DNA from: a virus
Strand: one strand, 5' to 3'
Virus record (IMG/VR): IMGVR_UViG_3300012944_000001
Coordinates: 47,915-111,914 of that record
DNA: 64,000 bases
Shown here: positions 14,125 through 23,694 of the stretch, piece after piece
How the letters are laid out: each line of letters starts with the position of its first letter
How positions within the stretch are numbered: the first letter of the stretch is position 1
The notes under the pieces: model-generated
Told to the model about the DNA's origin: nothing
The model's input: the letters and a program-made list of their open reading frames with translations, nothing else
Databases searched by the model: none
Made by a program: the position numbers and the translations under genes

Positions 14125-15200
14125 TGCTTATACATGATTTACTTAACATCCGGGATTTAGATACTATGCTTACGGAAGGTTATGTAAGATTTGGTATTCA
14201 TCCCATTTTTCCAAATGTTCGTATATTTAACTACACTGAAAAGGCTCAATTCGCCAACGAGTGGAATGACATAACTCGACAATGCCGTGGTCTTATAGTT
14301 GATTGGGATACCAAAGAAGTACTTGCGCGCCCTTTTGACAAGTTCATGAATTATGGTCAAGATCAGGCAGACGTAATTCTTGCTGGCTATTCAGTTAAGG
14401 TATATGACAAGTTAGACGGATCTCTGGGAATTCTATTTCGTCGTCCTGATGGTTTTTGGGAAATAGCTACAAGAGGTTCCTTTCAATCAGACCAGGCGTC
14501 GCATGCCACAATACTTCTTCGTCAAAAGTACAGTTCGTTTTTACTGGGATTAAATAGTGATCTTACATATATGTTTGAAATCATCTATCCACAAAACCGT
14601 ATCGTATTGGATTACGGAGACAAAGATTCCCTGGTATTACTTGGTGCCAGAAGTATTGACGAAGGCTCTACGTACGGGCCTGAGAGCCTCCCAGATTGGC
14701 ACTGGGACCGAACTACTACCTTCCCTTACAAGACTCTCAGTGAGGCGCTGAAGGCCCCTCCTAGACCTAATGCAGAGGGTTACGTGGTCTACTTCCCGGA
14801 GTTGGACCACAGAGTCAAGATCAAGCAGGATGATTACATAGCGATGCACAAGATCGTTACGGGCTTGACAGAGCGTCGTATCTGGGAGAACATGAAGGAA
14901 GGTAAAACTCTAGAAGATCTTGTAAATATTATTCCAGACGAATGGCATGATTGGCTCCAAGAAACGTATACTAAGATCAAGAAAAATTATTGGGCTGAAT
15001 GGAGTACTATTCTTGAGGAGTTTAATACACATACCATGTGGTTGGACGTGGCTAATTATCAAAAATGGTCCCGAAAAGATTTTGCTTTGCGAGTTAAAGA
15101 CTCAAGATATAAAGGCTTTATGTTTTTAATGTTGGATAATAACAACGTAACTGACAAGGTATGGCAATTGGTTCGACCACCCGCTGAGTCATTACTGTAA
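14124..15200 (+). CDS. ATP-dependent RNA ligase, T4 Rnl1-like
   Basis: CRG.I, RPFDKF.N, KLDGS (motif I), FEII, EGYVV, RVKIK. Confidence 0.92.
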   Translation: MLIHDLLNIRDLDTMLTEGYVRFGIHPIFPNVRIFNYTEKAQFANEWNDITRQCRGLIVDWDTKEVLARPFDKFMNYGQDQADVILAGYSVKVYDKLDGSLGILFRRPDGFWEIATRGSFQSDQASHATILLRQKYSSFLLGLNSDLTYMFEIIYPQNRIVLDYGDKDSLVLLGARSIDEGSTYGPESLPDWHWDRTTTFPYKTLSEALKAPPRPNAEGYVVYFPELDHRVKIKQDDYIAMHKIVTGLTERRIWENMKEGKTLEDLVNIIPDEWHDWLQETYTKIKKNYWAEWSTILEEFNTHTMWLDVANYQKWSRKDFALRVKDSRYKGFMFLMLDNNNVTDKVWQLVRPPAESLL

Positions 15201-15353
15201 GTGTTTATACGCCTGAGCAGTCTAGTGCTATCCTTATAGAGAAATGGCACTAGACTGCTACTAATAGATCATTTGGGGTACTTATTTGAAGAAGTAATTG
15301 ACAGCTCGCGGTCTAGTATTATTATTCCTTTTTGAATATCTAGCCCGAGCGAG

Positions 15354-15794
15354 TTGCTAATGCCAACACAACCGAATGCCCCAAATTGGTCAGAAGCAGT
15401 CCAAAGAGAGCTAGACAGTTTACAGAGAAACGTGGATACACGGTTCGTAGATTTTTCTAGCCGCCTGGACAGACTGCTTACACTAACTGAGTATTATGCG
15501 GACAAGCGTTCTTCAGATATAAGATTCGAAAATGTCAATGAAAAAATTGAAGATACTGAGAGTGATATAGCAGCTTTAAGATTGGATTTGAGAAATTCTT
15601 TTGAGTCTTTAAGAAGAGACTTGATGAAAGAGCGTAATCGATATGAGGCATCTTTAAATAAAGAGACTACAGAAAGAAAGAAAGAACATAGTGATTATCT
15701 AAAATCTAGACAGTCTCAATTTAGATGGCTTATATCTATGGTCATGATTCCAATAACCATTGCAATTGTTGATCTCATAGTAAGTAAGAAGTAG
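15354..15794 (+). CDS. coiled-coil protein with C-terminal TM helix
   Basis: heptad-rich; ends WLISMVMIPITIAIVDLIV. Confidence 0.7.
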   Translation: MLMPTQPNAPNWSEAVQRELDSLQRNVDTRFVDFSSRLDRLLTLTEYYADKRSSDIRFENVNEKIEDTESDIAALRLDLRNSFESLRRDLMKERNRYEASLNKETTERKKEHSDYLKSRQSQFRWLISMVMIPITIAIVDLIVSKK

Positions 15795-15857
15795 ACACGA
15801 ATCTCTGTATAGTGTAGGATGTACTGCACTATACAGATTTTTTATAAGGAGGCAAAT

Positions 15858-16949
15858 ATGTGGGGAAACTTAGAATATATTTCAAACATCGATCAGCTAT
15901 ATATGTTGGCTTCTGAAAATGATAATGTCGCCGAGGTGCTGGCAGATAAATCTAAGGGCCGCGCATCAGTATGTAAAATTCTTGCGGGCAGCGGATATGC
16001 TGTATCTGAGAAATTAATTCGTACATTTCGCAATAAACAAGAAGCAATTACAGATAAAAATATTAGAGAGGCGATGGACTATATCCAGGAGTCATATAAC
16101 TATAGTCCTACATATAGCACCACAGAAGGCCAGGTTCATACAGTACCCGGATATTGCAATGTAACTAATATTTCAAAAAATACTAAAGCAAAGACTATTG
16201 TTATCATGCCAGATGTGCAAGCGCCATTGCATGATGTTGCTTTGGTAGATAAGTTCATTGATTTCCTAGGAGACTATCAGCCAGATGAGCTTGCGCAAGT
16301 TGGAGATTTCACTGATTCTACTGAAATCAGTCGGTGGGTACGAGGTAAGAAAACCGAATATGCAGGAGACCTACAAGACGGATTCAATTCTGCCAGAGGC
16401 ATCTTGGAAAGTATCAGAGAAGTATTCGATGGACGATTCCGTATAGTCCGGTCGAATCATGATGACCGACTTGAGCTTTATATTGAATCGTGCGCTCCTG
16501 GATTGGCGTCCCTTGATGTACTTTCCATTGAGAACCTTTCTGGATTCGATGAATTCGATGTCGAGTTTGTACGAGACGAAGTTGTAGAACTTGCGCCTGG
16601 TTGGGTCATGGCACACGGAGATGAAGGTTCTTTGAGTCCATCAGCGGGTCGTACAGCCTTTGGTTTGGCCAAGAACAAGTTTGGTACCAGTACTGTCTGT
16701 GGACATACTCACAGAGCTGGTATGACATCAGAGAGTACAGGTTACAACGGAAAGATTCGTAATACCCTGACAGGTCTTGAGGTAGGTCACTTTATGGATC
16801 TTACTAAGGCCGATTATCTAAAGAAAAAGGGAGTAGCTGCTAATTGGCAGCAAGCCTTTGGAATTCTTGAGATTCACGGTTCTCGTGTGTATCCCAGACT
16901 TGTCACTGTTCAGGATGGTTGTTTCTCGGTAGATGGTCAACTTTACTAG
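15858..16949 (+). CDS. calcineurin-like metallophosphoesterase
   Basis: PDVQ, GDFTD, SNHD, HGD, GHTH motifs; GGAGG RBS before ATG 15858. Confidence 0.88.
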   Translation: MWGNLEYISNIDQLYMLASENDNVAEVLADKSKGRASVCKILAGSGYAVSEKLIRTFRNKQEAITDKNIREAMDYIQESYNYSPTYSTTEGQVHTVPGYCNVTNISKNTKAKTIVIMPDVQAPLHDVALVDKFIDFLGDYQPDELAQVGDFTDSTEISRWVRGKKTEYAGDLQDGFNSARGILESIREVFDGRFRIVRSNHDDRLELYIESCAPGLASLDVLSIENLSGFDEFDVEFVRDEVVELAPGWVMAHGDEGSLSPSAGRTAFGLAKNKFGTSTVCGHTHRAGMTSESTGYNGKIRNTLTGLEVGHFMDLTKADYLKKKGVAANWQQAFGILEIHGSRVYPRLVTVQDGCFSVDGQLY

Positions 16950-16958
16950 GAGTTAAAC

Positions 16959-17369
16959 ATGCAGTATTCTCCCATGGAGAATTTGAAAGAATTTCATGAT
17001 ACTTTTACATCTGAGCAAAGAGAAGACGGTTTAGCTAGTAAAATTAATCGCCGAGGAAATCTTATACAAGAAGAAGAACAAGAAGTACAAGAAGCACTCG
17101 ATTTTCTTGATAGAACTGATATAGGATTAACTTCTTCTACTTATGAAGAAGCTTTGATTGAGTTAGCTAAAGAACTAGCAGACCTTCTTTATGTCATTTA
17201 CGGTACAGCCGAAGAACTAAATATTCCTTTGCAAGATATATTCAATGCAGTACATAGATCTAATATGGGAAAAATCTGGCAAGATGGTAAAGTACACTAT
17301 AATAAATTTGGCAAGGTTATAAAGCCGCCAGAATATCGACCACCAGATTTGAGTTTTATTAATGAGTGA
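16959..17369 (+). CDS. MazG-like NTP pyrophosphohydrolase
   Basis: LIQEE..EV.EA...KELADLLYV.YG...VHRSNM.K...GKV.KP. Confidence 0.88.
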   Translation: MQYSPMENLKEFHDTFTSEQREDGLASKINRRGNLIQEEEQEVQEALDFLDRTDIGLTSSTYEEALIELAKELADLLYVIYGTAEELNIPLQDIFNAVHRSNMGKIWQDGKVHYNKFGKVIKPPEYRPPDLSFINE

Positions 17370-17595
17370 TGGAATAGTTTTCCACAGCCCTGTACAAGAC
17401 GAAGGCTCTGTGTGGGAAGAAGAAAGCTGGACCGCTAACACAGGACAACCTGTTGGTTATGAACCTTATCTGTTTGTAGATGTATGTCAATTTGTAGATG
17501 GAAAACATGTTTTTGCTGGATATTATTGTCCACATAAAGTAGATGGTTCAGAAGAAACAGAGTTTCCGGCAGGCTGGACTGTTAATAACAATTAA
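17362..17595 (+). CDS. hypothetical protein
   Basis: overlapping operon ORF. Confidence 0.55.
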   Translation: MSDGIVFHSPVQDEGSVWEEESWTANTGQPVGYEPYLFVDVCQFVDGKHVFAGYYCPHKVDGSEETEFPAGWTVNNN

Positions 17596-17603
17596 GGATC
17601 ACT

Positions 17604-17795
17604 ATGCCACAAACTAATATAGGTTGGACAGCCCAATCTGCTCATGGTTGGGTACATGATGAGGGAACTCCTTCTAATGTATTTACTGAAGATCAGCTCC
17701 CTGATCCAGAAATTCAGAAGAAAGCCAATATAGATCCAGACAAATATCGAAATCAGCCTGGTCTTATTATGGATCCAACAGAAGTCTCTGAGTAA
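17604..17795 (+). CDS. hypothetical protein
   Basis: AAGGA RBS. Confidence 0.6.
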   Translation: MPQTNIGWTAQSAHGWVHDEGTPSNVFTEDQLPDPEIQKKANIDPDKYRNQPGLIMDPTEVSE

Positions 17796-17800
17796 AACAC

Positions 17801-17838
17801 ATAGCCTGCACTGTATTATTACGGTGCAGGCTATTTTT
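17801..17838 (+). terminator. intrinsic terminator
   Basis: atagcctgcactgta/tacggtgcaggctat + TTTT. Confidence 0.8.
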
Positions 17839-17852
17839 ATTTAGGAGATATT

Positions 17853-18320
17853 ATGCCAAGAAGAAAAGTAACTAATAGGATTCCTCCTATAGCGCCAATG
17901 CGCAGCGCCCAAAACAGAGCAGGATCGGCATGGGATAGAACCTTTCTGGGCTCCAACACCCCACAAACAGCTTCCAATCCTAGACGTTCTGTATTAGATC
18001 TTAACGAAGTCCAGGCTAGAGCGGCCAAATTAACAGATCTTCATGTGGCTCAAGAAATAGAAATGGCCATCAATGGAGATGACGAATTACTTCTTCCTTA
18101 TCAACCTACGCCTACTATAAATCCCGGCCGCCCTAGAACTTTGGCAGCAGGCTATGATGAAAGAAGTCAGGCTCTAAGAATTAAATTTAGAGACGGAGAG
18201 TATTATACATACTATAATGTACCTCCCTCAGTGTGGTGGAAGTTTCAAAGAGCAGCTTCCCCTGGAAGGTATATAAACACAGTTTTAAATAATTATCCAT
18301 ATAATAGAGGACTAGCATAA
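17853..18320 (+). CDS. KTSC-domain protein
   Basis: GYD.....L.IKF.DG..Y.Y.NVP......F..A.SPG.Y.N. Confidence 0.85.
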   Translation: MPRRKVTNRIPPIAPMRSAQNRAGSAWDRTFLGSNTPQTASNPRRSVLDLNEVQARAAKLTDLHVAQEIEMAINGDDELLLPYQPTPTINPGRPRTLAAGYDERSQALRIKFRDGEYYTYYNVPPSVWWKFQRAASPGRYINTVLNNYPYNRGLA

Positions 18321-18328
18321 GGAATATA

Positions 18329-18676
18329 ATGCACTATTCGAAACACGATCTAGGACCATTATTCGTACACAGAATACAGTTACAAAAGAAATCTCCCTTA
18401 GTACATAGATATCCTTCGCATGAGATGGATGAGCCTTTTCGATGGTCTAACTCCTTGATCCTACGCTTGCCCTGGGCTCGTCAAGGGCTTGTAGTAGGTC
18501 TGTGGCGTTCCACCAACCGTACTGAGGAGCAAACCCTGTTGGATGCTCTAGAAGGTCGTCAGATGAGCGACATAGAGTTTTCAGAGACTGAAAAACAACA
18601 CATACGTAGAAATATGATTAAACGACAATTTTCCGCAGAAGAACAAAAACTACTAGTAGACGTATTGGATTTGTGA
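18329..18676 (+). CDS. hypothetical protein
   Basis: ORF upstream of terminase. Confidence 0.6.
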   Translation: MHYSKHDLGPLFVHRIQLQKKSPLVHRYPSHEMDEPFRWSNSLILRLPWARQGLVVGLWRSTNRTEEQTLLDALEGRQMSDIEFSETEKQHIRRNMIKRQFSAEEQKLLVDVLDL

Positions 18677-18951
18677 TGGCATTTTTTAGAAAAAACTATC
18701 GTCCAGATGAGAAAATACGTGGACGACTTCTTAAGAGACTTCGCAATACCAGCGATTCTGAACTTGTACGATGGATGGATAATATTCATACCGGTATAGG
18801 AAAAAATATAGCGGAAATACGAAAGAGCCCAACCCATAGAAATCCGGATCAGGCTCTCGCATATATAGAAGATACTCGTACAGGTGCAGTATCACTTTTG
18901 GCCGCCCTACAAGTATTAGAAGAACGATTTATCCAACTTCAGGGACAGTAA
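18673..18951 (+). CDS. hypothetical protein
   Basis: GTGA overlap with the previous ORF. Confidence 0.6.
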   Translation: MMAFFRKNYRPDEKIRGRLLKRLRNTSDSELVRWMDNIHTGIGKNIAEIRKSPTHRNPDQALAYIEDTRTGAVSLLAALQVLEERFIQLQGQ

Positions 18952-19186
18952 GAAAGATATAAGTATATAGAAGCAGCCCGATTACACCAGCAAGAACAAG
19001 GGCAATCTTAAGCCAACGACAAATAATAGTAATAGTTCTATTGGTGTTAACCCAGATGCCAAAGCGTGTTTGATCCAGTCTATGACCAATATAGCCCCCT
19101 ACAAGTCCTGCTATAGCAGGACGCACAAAGTGCTGAACATTATTGGAAGATGAGGATGCTTGATCGAATACGTTGTTGTCTTGCAT
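18929..19186 (-). CDS. small membrane protein (glycine-zipper + TM)
   Basis: GAGG RBS before ATG; own minus-strand promoter TTGACA-17-TACGCT at 19246-19218. Confidence 0.6.
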   Translation of the reverse strand: MQDNNVFDQASSSSNNVQHFVRPAIAGLVGGYIGHRLDQTRFGIWVNTNRTITIICRWLKIALVLAGVIGLLLYTYIFLTVPEVG

Positions 19187-19290
19187 GGTACTTCCTCTCG
19201 GTAGGTTTCTTTCTATCAGCGTAGTACGAATCTCCCTGCCTGTCAACTTAGGTACAATAGAGATTATGAGTTACGAATTGGGAGAATAAT

Positions 19291-20865
19291 ATGACAACCG
19301 AAATAGAATTAGATGAATTAACTGCTGAAGAACTAGATGCGATAAATAAAACTCGTATCGATTTGGATCCACATTCTAAGGCTTTTGTGGATGCCTTGGT
19401 AGAGAGACTGTTAATATTTGCTGACGAACTTTCCGGTCATCCACTTTATGGCTATCAAAGACCTTTCGCAGCTCGTTTAATAGAATCAGTTATCATCAAT
19501 GATGGGGCGACAGTAACGGCTTTGTTCTCTCGTCAGTCAGGAAAAACTGAAACAGTAGCAGCCACTGTGGCTACCCTTATGATAATGCTGCCCCGGCTAG
19601 CTAAAGTAGAACCCTTCAATGAGTGGTTAGATGATTTTAAAGAAGGTGTGTGGGTTGGTGCTTTTGCTCCTGTAGATGACATGGCCAAGACCTTGTTCTC
19701 GCGTATTGTATCTATGCTTACTTCGGAACGAGCGCAAGCCATTCTTTTGGATCCCGCTATAGATGAAAAAGTAAAAGGTCGTGGATCTGAAATTAAGCTG
19801 GAGAAGTGCGGATCTTTAGTACGTCGTCAAACTGCTCACCCTAGAGCTAATATTGAAGGAAAGACTTATCATATTGCTTTGTTGGATGAGGCGCAGGTTG
19901 CAGATCAAAAAGTAGTAGACAAATCTATACGTCCTATGCTTGCTTCAACTAATGGTTCTTTTGTTATGACAGGAACTCCTACCTATGAAAAGGGAGTATT
20001 CCACAGAGAGATAACACATAATAAAAGAAATGGCACAAAGCGTGGAGCTAGGATTAATCATTTTGAAGCCGATTATCGTGAAGTATCCAGATGGAATCAG
20101 CGTTATGAGAAAGCCGTAGCGGGAGACATGCTGCGCATGGGATTTGATTCCGATGAGTTTAAACTATCCTATCGCCTTATCTGGCTTCTGGAACAAGGAA
20201 TGTTCACAACTTCTGAGCGTCTGGATGAGCTTGGCGATAAGTCTATGGAAACAGTAAAGAGCTATTACACTACTCCCATAATCATAGGTATTGATCCTGC
20301 ACGAAAGATCGACAGTACTATTGTTACTGCCATGTTCGTTGACTGGGAAAGACGAGATGAATTCGGTTATTACCATACACGTATCTTAAACTGGTTGGAT
20401 CTTCAAGGACAAGGTTGGGAAGCTCAGTACCATAGAATTGTAGAGTTTGTTTCCAAATATAATGTATGGGCTATAGGAGTAGACTCTGGAGGAATGGGAG
20501 ATCTATTCATTTCTCGATTAGAGGTACTATTACCTCATATAACCATTGTTGATGTTTCTTCCCAAAGACCTGCGCAATCAGACAGATGGAAATATCTGAG
20601 AGAAGTCATAGATCGTGGAAAGATTAGCTGGCCTGCCCACGCTAAAACGAGAAATCTTCGTACCTATAGAAACTTTGTCCAGCAGATGTCTGATCTCCAG
20701 GTAAAGTTTGAGGGACCTTATATGTTGGCAGAGGCTCCCAAGGAAGCTAATGCACATGATGACTACTGTGATTCTTTGTCTATTGCCTTAAGCGTGATTC
20801 CTGAGAGTATTCAGGAAGAAGTATCTATTTCGAACAATCCATTTTATGATAGAAGAAGAAGTTAA
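19291..20865 (+). CDS. terL: terminase large subunit
   Basis: SRQSGKT Walker A; LLDEAQ Walker B; TGTP; GIDPA; HDDYCDS nuclease motif. Confidence 0.95.
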   Translation: MTTEIELDELTAEELDAINKTRIDLDPHSKAFVDALVERLLIFADELSGHPLYGYQRPFAARLIESVIINDGATVTALFSRQSGKTETVAATVATLMIMLPRLAKVEPFNEWLDDFKEGVWVGAFAPVDDMAKTLFSRIVSMLTSERAQAILLDPAIDEKVKGRGSEIKLEKCGSLVRRQTAHPRANIEGKTYHIALLDEAQVADQKVVDKSIRPMLASTNGSFVMTGTPTYEKGVFHREITHNKRNGTKRGARINHFEADYREVSRWNQRYEKAVAGDMLRMGFDSDEFKLSYRLIWLLEQGMFTTSERLDELGDKSMETVKSYYTTPIIIGIDPARKIDSTIVTAMFVDWERRDEFGYYHTRILNWLDLQGQGWEAQYHRIVEFVSKYNVWAIGVDSGGMGDLFISRLEVLLPHITIVDVSSQRPAQSDRWKYLREVIDRGKISWPAHAKTRNLRTYRNFVQQMSDLQVKFEGPYMLAEAPKEANAHDDYCDSLSIALSVIPESIQEEVSISNNPFYDRRRS

Positions 20866-20908
20866 CTGATATCATATAAATATAATGATTAACTATTAAG
20901 GATATAAT

Positions 20909-21346
20909 ATGGCTGAAATGTACCAGGAGGCAGGACGCGCCGTACAGCTTGCGCCTGCTCCAAGATTCCCTGAAAGAGACCGTGGCGCAGTTAACTACGA
21001 AGGTAAGACGGCATCAAACCCTGAGCGTCGTGGACCTTTGCGTTTTGAAGAAGGTCTAGCCACTGATACAGACGTTCCTAATGATTTTGAATTAGGTGTT
21101 ATGCAGGGCTACCGTACCGCTCCCGGCCGCCCTAACCACAACATGAATGTATTCGAGAAGCCTGCTGCTGAGACAATGCGTGAGCGTGCACATGTAGGCT
21201 CTGCTGCATGGATTGATTCTGCTGGTATGACCGGAGAATTCATGCACGGAGTTAATGTAGATACTAATGCTTCTCGTCGCTTTGAGCAAGTAAATCGTTC
21301 TGGTGGACGTTATGAGCGTCTTCACGGGGCCATTGTTACCGACTAA
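20909..21346 (+). CDS. hypothetical late protein
   Basis: 145 aa ORF after terminase. Confidence 0.7.
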   Translation: MAEMYQEAGRAVQLAPAPRFPERDRGAVNYEGKTASNPERRGPLRFEEGLATDTDVPNDFELGVMQGYRTAPGRPNHNMNVFEKPAAETMRERAHVGSAAWIDSAGMTGEFMHGVNVDTNASRRFEQVNRSGGRYERLHGAIVTD

Positions 21347-21366
21347 TTAAACTAAAGGAATACTAT

Positions 21367-21573
21367 ATGGACTCCACTGATATAACTAATCGTTTTACGT
21401 TTCATCCGGCATCCTCTGAACAAGGAGCCATATATGGCTCTATTCGTTTATATGCAAAAGATTTTGCTACTTGGCTTGACAGCACGTTGCCAGATAGTAG
21501 AGAAAAGTCTTTAGCTATAACTCATTTGGAAGAAGTAGTTTTCTGGAGCAATGCTTCAGTAGCTAGACACTAA
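21367..21573 (+). CDS. Acb2/Tad1-like helical-hairpin protein
   Basis: NRFTFH...PDSREKSLAITHLEEVVFWSNASVAR. Confidence 0.65.
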   Translation: MDSTDITNRFTFHPASSEQGAIYGSIRLYAKDFATWLDSTLPDSREKSLAITHLEEVVFWSNASVARH

Positions 21574-21586
21574 TAAAGGATTAATA

Positions 21587-21841
21587 ATGAGCGTATTTAC
21601 AGAACTAGAGACAAAGCTAGCTGACCTAAAAGATAAGGTAGAAGGAGATCTTCATACCTTAGTAGTCAAGTTAGAATCTATTTTCCAGCACGTACACTTG
21701 GCTCCCGTTGAGGATCTAGTCAAGGAAGCCGTTGCTGCTGATATCCATGCTGCTGCTACTCAGGTTGAGACTATTTCTGACACCCTTCGTTCTGAAGTGA
21801 CAGATGCAGTTACTCAGGCTGTAAAGCCAGCTACTAAGTAA
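21587..21841 (+). CDS. hypothetical helical protein
   Basis: ORF with RBS. Confidence 0.65.
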   Translation: MSVFTELETKLADLKDKVEGDLHTLVVKLESIFQHVHLAPVEDLVKEAVAADIHAAATQVETISDTLRSEVTDAVTQAVKPATK

Positions 21842-21869
21842 TTTCTTCTAATAATTTTGGACGTGAACT

Positions 21870-22238
21870 ATGGCCGTATTTACCGCAACCGTAACAGTAG
21901 GTACTAGCTCTACTACAACTACTTTCACAGGCTGGGCTCCTTATGTAGCTGTAACTGTTCCTGCCGGAGCAGCTAACTCAGTCTATGTAACAACTGATGG
22001 AAGCACACCAACTGTGGCTGGTGCAGACGCAGTTGCTTGTCCTATCGGAACTACTTACTTGCGTAATAGAACTGAGCGACCTGAGATAACTGCTACTACT
22101 CCACTTGCTACAGATCCTTCTGCACCAGGCGCTTTCACTGCTGCTGCTACACCTGTAAAGGGTATTGGTACAGCCAGCGTAGCCGGAGTAACTATCAGCC
22201 TAGTTTCTAGTGCTGGTGTACAGCCTGTTATTGGTTAA
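21870..22238 (+). CDS. putative virion beta-sandwich protein (paralog 1)
   Basis: VYVTTDG.TPTVAGAD motif shared with 22482 and 22800. Confidence 0.65.
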   Translation: MAVFTATVTVGTSSTTTTFTGWAPYVAVTVPAGAANSVYVTTDGSTPTVAGADAVACPIGTTYLRNRTERPEITATTPLATDPSAPGAFTAAATPVKGIGTASVAGVTISLVSSAGVQPVIG

Positions 22239-22248
22239 GGAGTGAGCA

Positions 22249-22473
22249 GTGACAGTCTTTCATGATAGACGAACTGCTTCTTTTAAAGAATTGTCCGGGA
22301 ATAGTGGTGGATATTTATTCGCAAATGTTCCCGGACAAGAAAATGCTGATGTTCAGCAGCGTAATGATTTTCTGAACAAGTTAGGTTTTAGTGGAGGACA
22401 CATTCCTTCCCGTTCCGATATCCGAGAACAGTATCCAGTAGACCAGACTACTGCGGTCGTTAATATGCGTTAG
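22249..22473 (+). CDS. hypothetical protein
   Basis: AAGGAG RBS. Confidence 0.6.
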   Translation: MTVFHDRRTASFKELSGNSGGYLFANVPGQENADVQQRNDFLNKLGFSGGHIPSRSDIREQYPVDQTTAVVNMR

Positions 22474-22481
22474 GAAATACT

Positions 22482-22784
22482 ATGGCTGCAAGTAGAGCAA
22501 AATCAGATACTCTAACAATAAATACGGAATATACAGTTAATTTTCCACAGTATCTTGCGAATATCACAGTGATACATAGAGGCACTACAGGTACTATATG
22601 GTTACGTACTGATGGTAATGAGCCCGTAATTTTGGCAGACGACAATTATCCTGTGTTACCGGGGCAAGCTGTCACATTTCCTAATGGCATTTTATCTCAA
22701 GAACCTATTACTCGATCTGTTAGTGGAACAAGTGTATTATTAATATCAGATACAGCAATTCCATTTACTGTTTACGCCTCTTGA
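22482..22784 (+). CDS. putative virion beta-sandwich protein (paralog 2)
   Basis: IWLRTDG.EP....DD...LIS..AIPFTV. Confidence 0.65.
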   Translation: MAASRAKSDTLTINTEYTVNFPQYLANITVIHRGTTGTIWLRTDGNEPVILADDNYPVLPGQAVTFPNGILSQEPITRSVSGTSVLLISDTAIPFTVYAS

Positions 22785-22799
22785 TAAGAAAGAATTAAT

Positions 22800-23102
22800 A
22801 TGGCTATTCATACTCAAAGTGGAAGTACTGTAGCGAATACGGTACTACCAGTCATTTTTAACAGTTGGAATTCTACTGTAGAAATTATAAATAGAGGTAC
22901 TACAGATATATGGTTCCGTACAGATAAAATTGATCCTACTATAGCGGGAGATGATTGTCATTTTGTTGCCGCTAATAGTTGGGTTGATGCCATAAGGAAT
23001 GGTCAAGTACCTTCAGAACCTGCCACCGGAATAGTATCAACTACTGAAGTACGTCTAATATCTTCTGCCATCGTACCTTTTACAATTGAGGTGCAACAAT
23101 AA
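22800..23102 (+). CDS. putative virion beta-sandwich protein (paralog 3)
   Basis: IWFRTD..DPTIAGDD...LIS...VPFTI. Confidence 0.65.
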   Translation: MAIHTQSGSTVANTVLPVIFNSWNSTVEIINRGTTDIWFRTDKIDPTIAGDDCHFVAANSWVDAIRNGQVPSEPATGIVSTTEVRLISSAIVPFTIEVQQ

Positions 23103-23635
23103 TGGCTAGAGGAAGTTTTGGCGGTGGAGGTTTTAGTTCGGCGGGTACGGGATTAACGGCCTCAGGCTCTACCATAAGTTTAGTTGCACCTGTAAGCCCC
23201 TCTAATTTACCTGCACTTAATCAACTAACTGTTCCTACAGGCGATTTAAATTTAAATACACATAAATTAACTAACGTAATTAATGGAACAGCTAGTACTG
23301 ATGTAGCGACATTTGGACAGACTACTAAAGTATATAATAGTGGTACTATTCAATCAGCTTCAAAAATCTTTACTGGAACAACAACTACAGATAGTGCAGG
23401 AGTATTTTCTTTTAATCTTACTTCAGCAGCATTTACTACTATATTTAGTTTTACTGTAGTTATTGTATCTTCTGGATTAACTTCAGCAGACATGGGTTTT
23501 GCCTCTGTAAATGTGGTGAGTACTACCACTCTTTCTGGTGCAGGTTTTCAAGGAGCAGGAGCAGTATTAAGTGCTCTACCTTTTGCACTACTACCAGCGG
23601 GACGAACTGTCTATGCTACAGTACTGGGTATTTAA
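23102..23635 (+). CDS. fibre-like virion protein
   Basis: AGTGLT.SG.TIS and L.LN.HKLTNV..GT..TD.AT.GQ fibre motifs. Confidence 0.65.
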   Translation: MARGSFGGGGFSSAGTGLTASGSTISLVAPVSPSNLPALNQLTVPTGDLNLNTHKLTNVINGTASTDVATFGQTTKVYNSGTIQSASKIFTGTTTTDSAGVFSFNLTSAAFTTIFSFTVVIVSSGLTSADMGFASVNVVSTTTLSGAGFQGAGAVLSALPFALLPAGRTVYATVLGI

Positions 23636-23694
23636 ATTTATGCTAATCTTTATAGTATAAATACTAATTCGGCGAACTTATAGGATGTAAATTA

